Shown one piece after another: positions 60,476-64,000 of a stretch of DNA of 64,000 bases. The position numbers and the translations under genes are program-made. Source of the stretch: Sphingomonas sp. (lineage in GTDB: Bacteria > Pseudomonadota > Alphaproteobacteria > Sphingomonadales > Sphingomonadaceae); NCBI GenBank assembly GCA_051955175.1, contig JBQCHA010000159.1, forward strand, positions 10,791 through 74,790. The letters run 5' to 3'. Each line of letters starts with the position of its first letter. The stretch's first letter is position 1. The notes beneath the pieces are model-generated. The model was not told where the DNA came from. It was given only the letters and a program-made list of their open reading frames with translations, and did no database searches.

Positions 60476-61788
60476 TCTATCCAACCCGCGCGGCGATCCT
60501 GGCAGCGGCGGCGGGCGTGCCCGTCACGCTGCTGGTCGCCGTGCTGGTGCCCGGCCGCTGGTATGCCGGGCTGGCCTGGCCGATCGCGGTGCTGCTGATC
60601 GCCCTGGTCGATGCGTTGAGCGGCCCGGGCCCGAGCGCCGCCAGCCTGCGCATCGACATGCCCCGCACCGCCCCGGTCGGCGGTCCGGTGGCGGCCGGGG
60701 TGAGCGTGATGATCGCCGCCGCCCGCCCGCCGCGCTGCGCCGAGGTCGCGCTGGCGCCCGATCCGCTGCTCGAAATGGCCGGCGACGGGCGCCTGTGGCT
60801 GGCGCTGGAGAACGGCAGCGGCGTCGGCGCGCCCGAGATCGTCGCACAGCGGCGCGGCACCGCGCGGATCGCGCGCGGCTGGGTGCGCTGGCGCGGACCG
60901 CTGGGGCTGGCGTGGAAGCTGCGCGCGGTGCCGAGCGAGGCAACCGTGGCGATCCTGCCCGACGTGCGCGCCGTCCACGAACGCGGCGCGCGCATCTTCG
61001 AGCGTCACGCGCTGCAGGGCCTGATGGCGCAGATCGAGCGCGGCGACGGCGCCGATTTCGAAGCGCTGGTCGAATTCCAGCCCGGCATGGACCGCCGCGC
61101 GATCGACTGGAAGCAATCGGCCCGCCACCTGCAGCTCCACGCCAAGGAATTCCGCACCGAGCGCAACAGCCAGATCGTCTTCGCCGTTGATGCCGGGCGC
61201 CAGATGAGCGAGCCGGTCGCCGGGCTGCCGCGCGTCGACCGCGCCGTATCGGCGATGCTGCTCAACGCCTGGGTGGCGCTCAAGCTTGGCGACCGCGTCG
61301 CGCTGCACGCGTTCGATGCGCGGCCGCGGCTGGCCACCGGGCTGGTGACCGGCGCCCGCGCCTTCGCCGATCTGCAGCATCTTGCCGCGCGGATCGACTA
61401 TTCGGGCGAGGAGAGCAATTACACGCTGGCGCTGACCACGCTCGCCGCGCGGCTTACCCGCCGATCGATGATCGTGCTGTTCACCGAGTTCACCGACCTC
61501 ACCTCGGCCGAATTCCTCGTCCGCGCCGCCCAGCGGCTGCTCAAGACGCATCTGCTGCTGGTCGTCGTGCTGCGCGACGAGGAACTGGAGGCGCTGGTCG
61601 ACCGGCGCCCCGACACGCCCGAGGACGTCACCCGCGCGGTCACCGCCGCCGCCTTGCTCAAGGAGCGGCTGCTGGTGCTCACCCGCCTGCGCCATCTCGG
61701 CGCGCATGTCATCGAGGCCGCGCATGATCGCGTCGGCGACGAGCTGGTCGCCGGCTATCTCGACCTCAAGCGGCGGAACCTGCTGTGA
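60472..61788 (+). CDS. DUF58 (vWA-like) protein
   Basis: [30 protein letters not shown]; TTG start overlapping the moxR stop. Confidence 0.9.
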
Positions 61789-62801
61789 CCGCCGCGCTCG
61801 ATCCGAGCGGCTATGTCGCCAACGCCAGCCGCTTCCGGGCGGCGCACGAGGCGGACTGGCAGCGGCTCGACGCGATCGTCTCGCGGATCGAGCGCCGGTC
61901 GGTGCGTGCGCTCGACGATGATGACCTGCTGGCGCTACCGGTGCTCTACCGCTCGGCGCTGTCGTCGTTGTCGGTGGCGCGCGAGACGTCGCTCGATCGC
62001 GCACTGGTCGCCTATCTCGAGCAATTGTGCACGCGCGCCTATTTCCAGATCTACGGCGTGCCGGGCAGCGCCTGGCGGCAGGTCGGCGCGTTCTTCGCGC
62101 GCGGCTGGCCCGAGGCGGTGGCGAGCCTGTGGCGCGAGACGCTGGCCGCCGCCGCGCTGACCGCCGCCGGCGTGCTGGTCGCCTATATCCTCGTCGCGCA
62201 TGATCCGAGCTGGTTCTACAGCATCATGCCGGGAATGATGTCGCAGGGCCGCGATCCCACCGCCTCCGCCGCAACGCTGCGCCAGATGCTGTATCACGGC
62301 AGCGACAAGGACGCGCTGGCGACCTTCGCGACCTATTTGTTCACCCACAATGCGCAGATCGCGCTGTTTGCCTTCGCGCTGGGCTTCGCCTTCGCGGTGC
62401 CGACCGCGCTGCTGCTGGTCTATAACGGCCTGATGCTGGGGGCGCTGCTGCAGGTCTATGCCGCGAAGGGAATGGCCGTGCCGTTCCTCGGCTGGATCGC
62501 GATCCACGGCACCACCGAGTTGTTCGCGATCACCCTTGCCGGCGCCGCCGGATTCCGCATCGGCCTCGCGATCGCTTTCCCCGGCCGGGCAGCCCGGATG
62601 GACTCCGCGGTCGCCGCGGGGCGGAGCGCCGGCACGGCGATGGCGGGCGTGGTGCTGATGCTGCTCGTCGCCGGGCTGCTGGAGGGGATCGGGCGGCAGA
62701 CGATCCAGATCGATTGGCAGCGCTATGCGATCGGCGGGGCGGTGCTGGCCGGCTGGCTCACCTATTATTATTTGCCGCGAGGCCGCCGTGGCGCGATCTA
62801 G
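61785..62801 (+). CDS. SpoIIM-family membrane protein
   Basis: LFTHN, NGLMLG, HGTTEL, AGLLEG. Confidence 0.9.
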   Translation: MTAALDPSGYVANASRFRAAHEADWQRLDAIVSRIERRSVRALDDDDLLALPVLYRSALSSLSVARETSLDRALVAYLEQLCTRAYFQIYGVPGSAWRQVGAFFARGWPEAVASLWRETLAAAALTAAGVLVAYILVAHDPSWFYSIMPGMMSQGRDPTASAATLRQMLYHGSDKDALATFATYLFTHNAQIALFAFALGFAFAVPTALLLVYNGLMLGALLQVYAAKGMAVPFLGWIAIHGTTELFAITLAGAAGFRIGLAIAFPGRAARMDSAVAAGRSAGTAMAGVVLMLLVAGLLEGIGRQTIQIDWQRYAIGGAVLAGWLTYYYLPRGRRGAI

Positions 62802-63660
62802 GCCGGCACGCACGCCCCAATCGTTGCGGCGCAGCTTCGTCACGCCGGAGGGCGTCGACCTGCGCCTCGAACTCGGCGGCGCCGGTGAGCGCGCGGCCGC
62901 GTTCATGATCGACGCGGCGATCATGCTCGGCATGCTGATCATCGTCTCGATCGTCACCGCGCTGATCGCGCACGAACTGAAGGACGATTCGACCGGCGAC
63001 GCGCTTGCCGTGATCTGGCTGCTCGGCTTCTTCGTGCTGCGCAATTTCTGGTTTACGCTATTCGAGATCGGCCGGCGGGGCGCCACGCCGGGCAAGCGGC
63101 TGCTCAACCTGCGGGTGGTGGCGCGCGACGGCGCGCGACTGACCGGCGGGGCAGTGATCGTGCGCAACGCGATGCGCGAGATCGAGGTGTTCCTGCCGCT
63201 GACCTTCCTGGCCGGCAACCGCGTCCAGGATGGTGCCGACAGCTTCATGACGCTGTTCATGCTCGCCTGGGTCGGCGTGTTCATGCTGTTCCCGTTGTTC
63301 AACCGCGACCGGTTGCGGGTCGGCGAGCTGCTCGCGGGAACCTGGGTGGTGCACAATGTCCGCGCGACACTCGCCGCCGATCTCGCGGCGCAGCCGACGG
63401 TCGCGCGGCGCCACTTTCCCGAGGCCGCGCTCGCCCTCTACGGCGTCTACGAACTGCAGACGCTGGAGGACGTGCTGCGCCGCGAGAACCCGGACGCGAT
63501 CACCACCGTCGCCGCCTCGATCCGGCGCAAGGCGGGACTGCCCGACGATGGCGACGATTGGGGGTTCCTCTACGATTATTACGCCGCGCTCTGCGCGCGT
63601 CTGGAGCGCGATGTGATGCTCGGCCGCCGCCGCGAGGACAAGCACGCCGCCCTCCGCTGA
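62788..63660 (+). CDS. RDD family protein
   Basis: TPEGVDL, R.AAFMID, GATPGKR, RLRVGELLAGTWVV. Confidence 0.9.
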   Translation: MARSRPARTPQSLRRSFVTPEGVDLRLELGGAGERAAAFMIDAAIMLGMLIIVSIVTALIAHELKDDSTGDALAVIWLLGFFVLRNFWFTLFEIGRRGATPGKRLLNLRVVARDGARLTGGAVIVRNAMREIEVFLPLTFLAGNRVQDGADSFMTLFMLAWVGVFMLFPLFNRDRLRVGELLAGTWVVHNVRATLAADLAAQPTVARRHFPEAALALYGVYELQTLEDVLRRENPDAITTVAASIRRKAGLPDDGDDWGFLYDYYAALCARLERDVMLGRRREDKHAALR

Positions 63661-63775
63661 GCGGCTCCCCGACGGGACGTCGCCGCGATGCGATCAAGAG
63701 CAGCGGCGGTTGGGCCCATCGAGCCGTTCATGCGTTACCCGCGCAAGGTGTCGATCCAAGCAGCGGAGGAGATGC

Positions 63776-64000
63776 ATGAGCAGCGACCTTGAGAAGCGTA
63801 TCCGCGAGCGCGCTTACGAAATTTGGGAGAGCGAAGGCCGACCGCACGGTCGGCACAGCGACCATTGGGAACAGGCGCATGGCGAATTCGCCACCGCCAA
63901 GACCGAAAGCGAGACGCCGCGCAAGCGAGGCCGCGCCAGGGCGAGCACCGACGATGCCGCCGCGCCGGCCGCCGCCGACAAGCCCAAGGCCGGCGCATCT
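63776..64000 (+). CDS. DUF2934-family protein, 3' truncated
   Basis: MSSDLEKRIRERAYEIWESEGRPHGRHSDHWEQA; GGAGGAG RBS; not in the supplied ORF list. Confidence 0.85.
   Translation, partial: MSSDLEKRIRERAYEIWESEGRPHGRHSDHWEQAHGEFATAKTESETPRKRGRARASTDDAAAPAAADKPKAGAS

Overview
A high-GC alphaproteobacterial chromosome segment; gene content suggests Sphingomonadaceae (inference). It has five blocks. (1) 1-3.8 kb: housekeeping/stress genes and tRNA-Ala(CGC). (2) 4.0-29.0 kb: a glycan-utilisation region with GH51, two esterases, GH3, GH9, trehalase and three TonB-dependent receptors (TBDRs). This includes a TBDR / flavin-dependent halogenase / SapC / JmjC-cupin module of unknown function, and an ECF sigma / FecR / TonB transducer cascade upstream of a paralogous TBDR and trehalase. 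(3) metE under a cobalamin riboswitch plus a SahR-like palindrome. (4) 32-56 kb: core and stress genes (ZIP with a Zur-like box, sodC, PfpI, topoisomerase IB, MscS, putA, thiolase, phaZ, frmA/fghA), several with EcfG-type promoters. (5) 57-64 kb: a DUF4129-DUF4350-MoxR-DUF58-SpoIIM-RDD operon. The most notable sequence-level observations are a shared two-motif regulon (TTGTACGAGTAA and G[A/G]TAGCGCT[A/C]TCAATG) linking the glycan/halogenase locus to a distant glucokinase-like gene with degenerate catalytic motifs, a possibly sugar-responsive cell-surface signalling system, and back-to-back EcfG promoters driving PfpI and topoisomerase IB. All family calls come from recognising motifs by eye; no database search was run.
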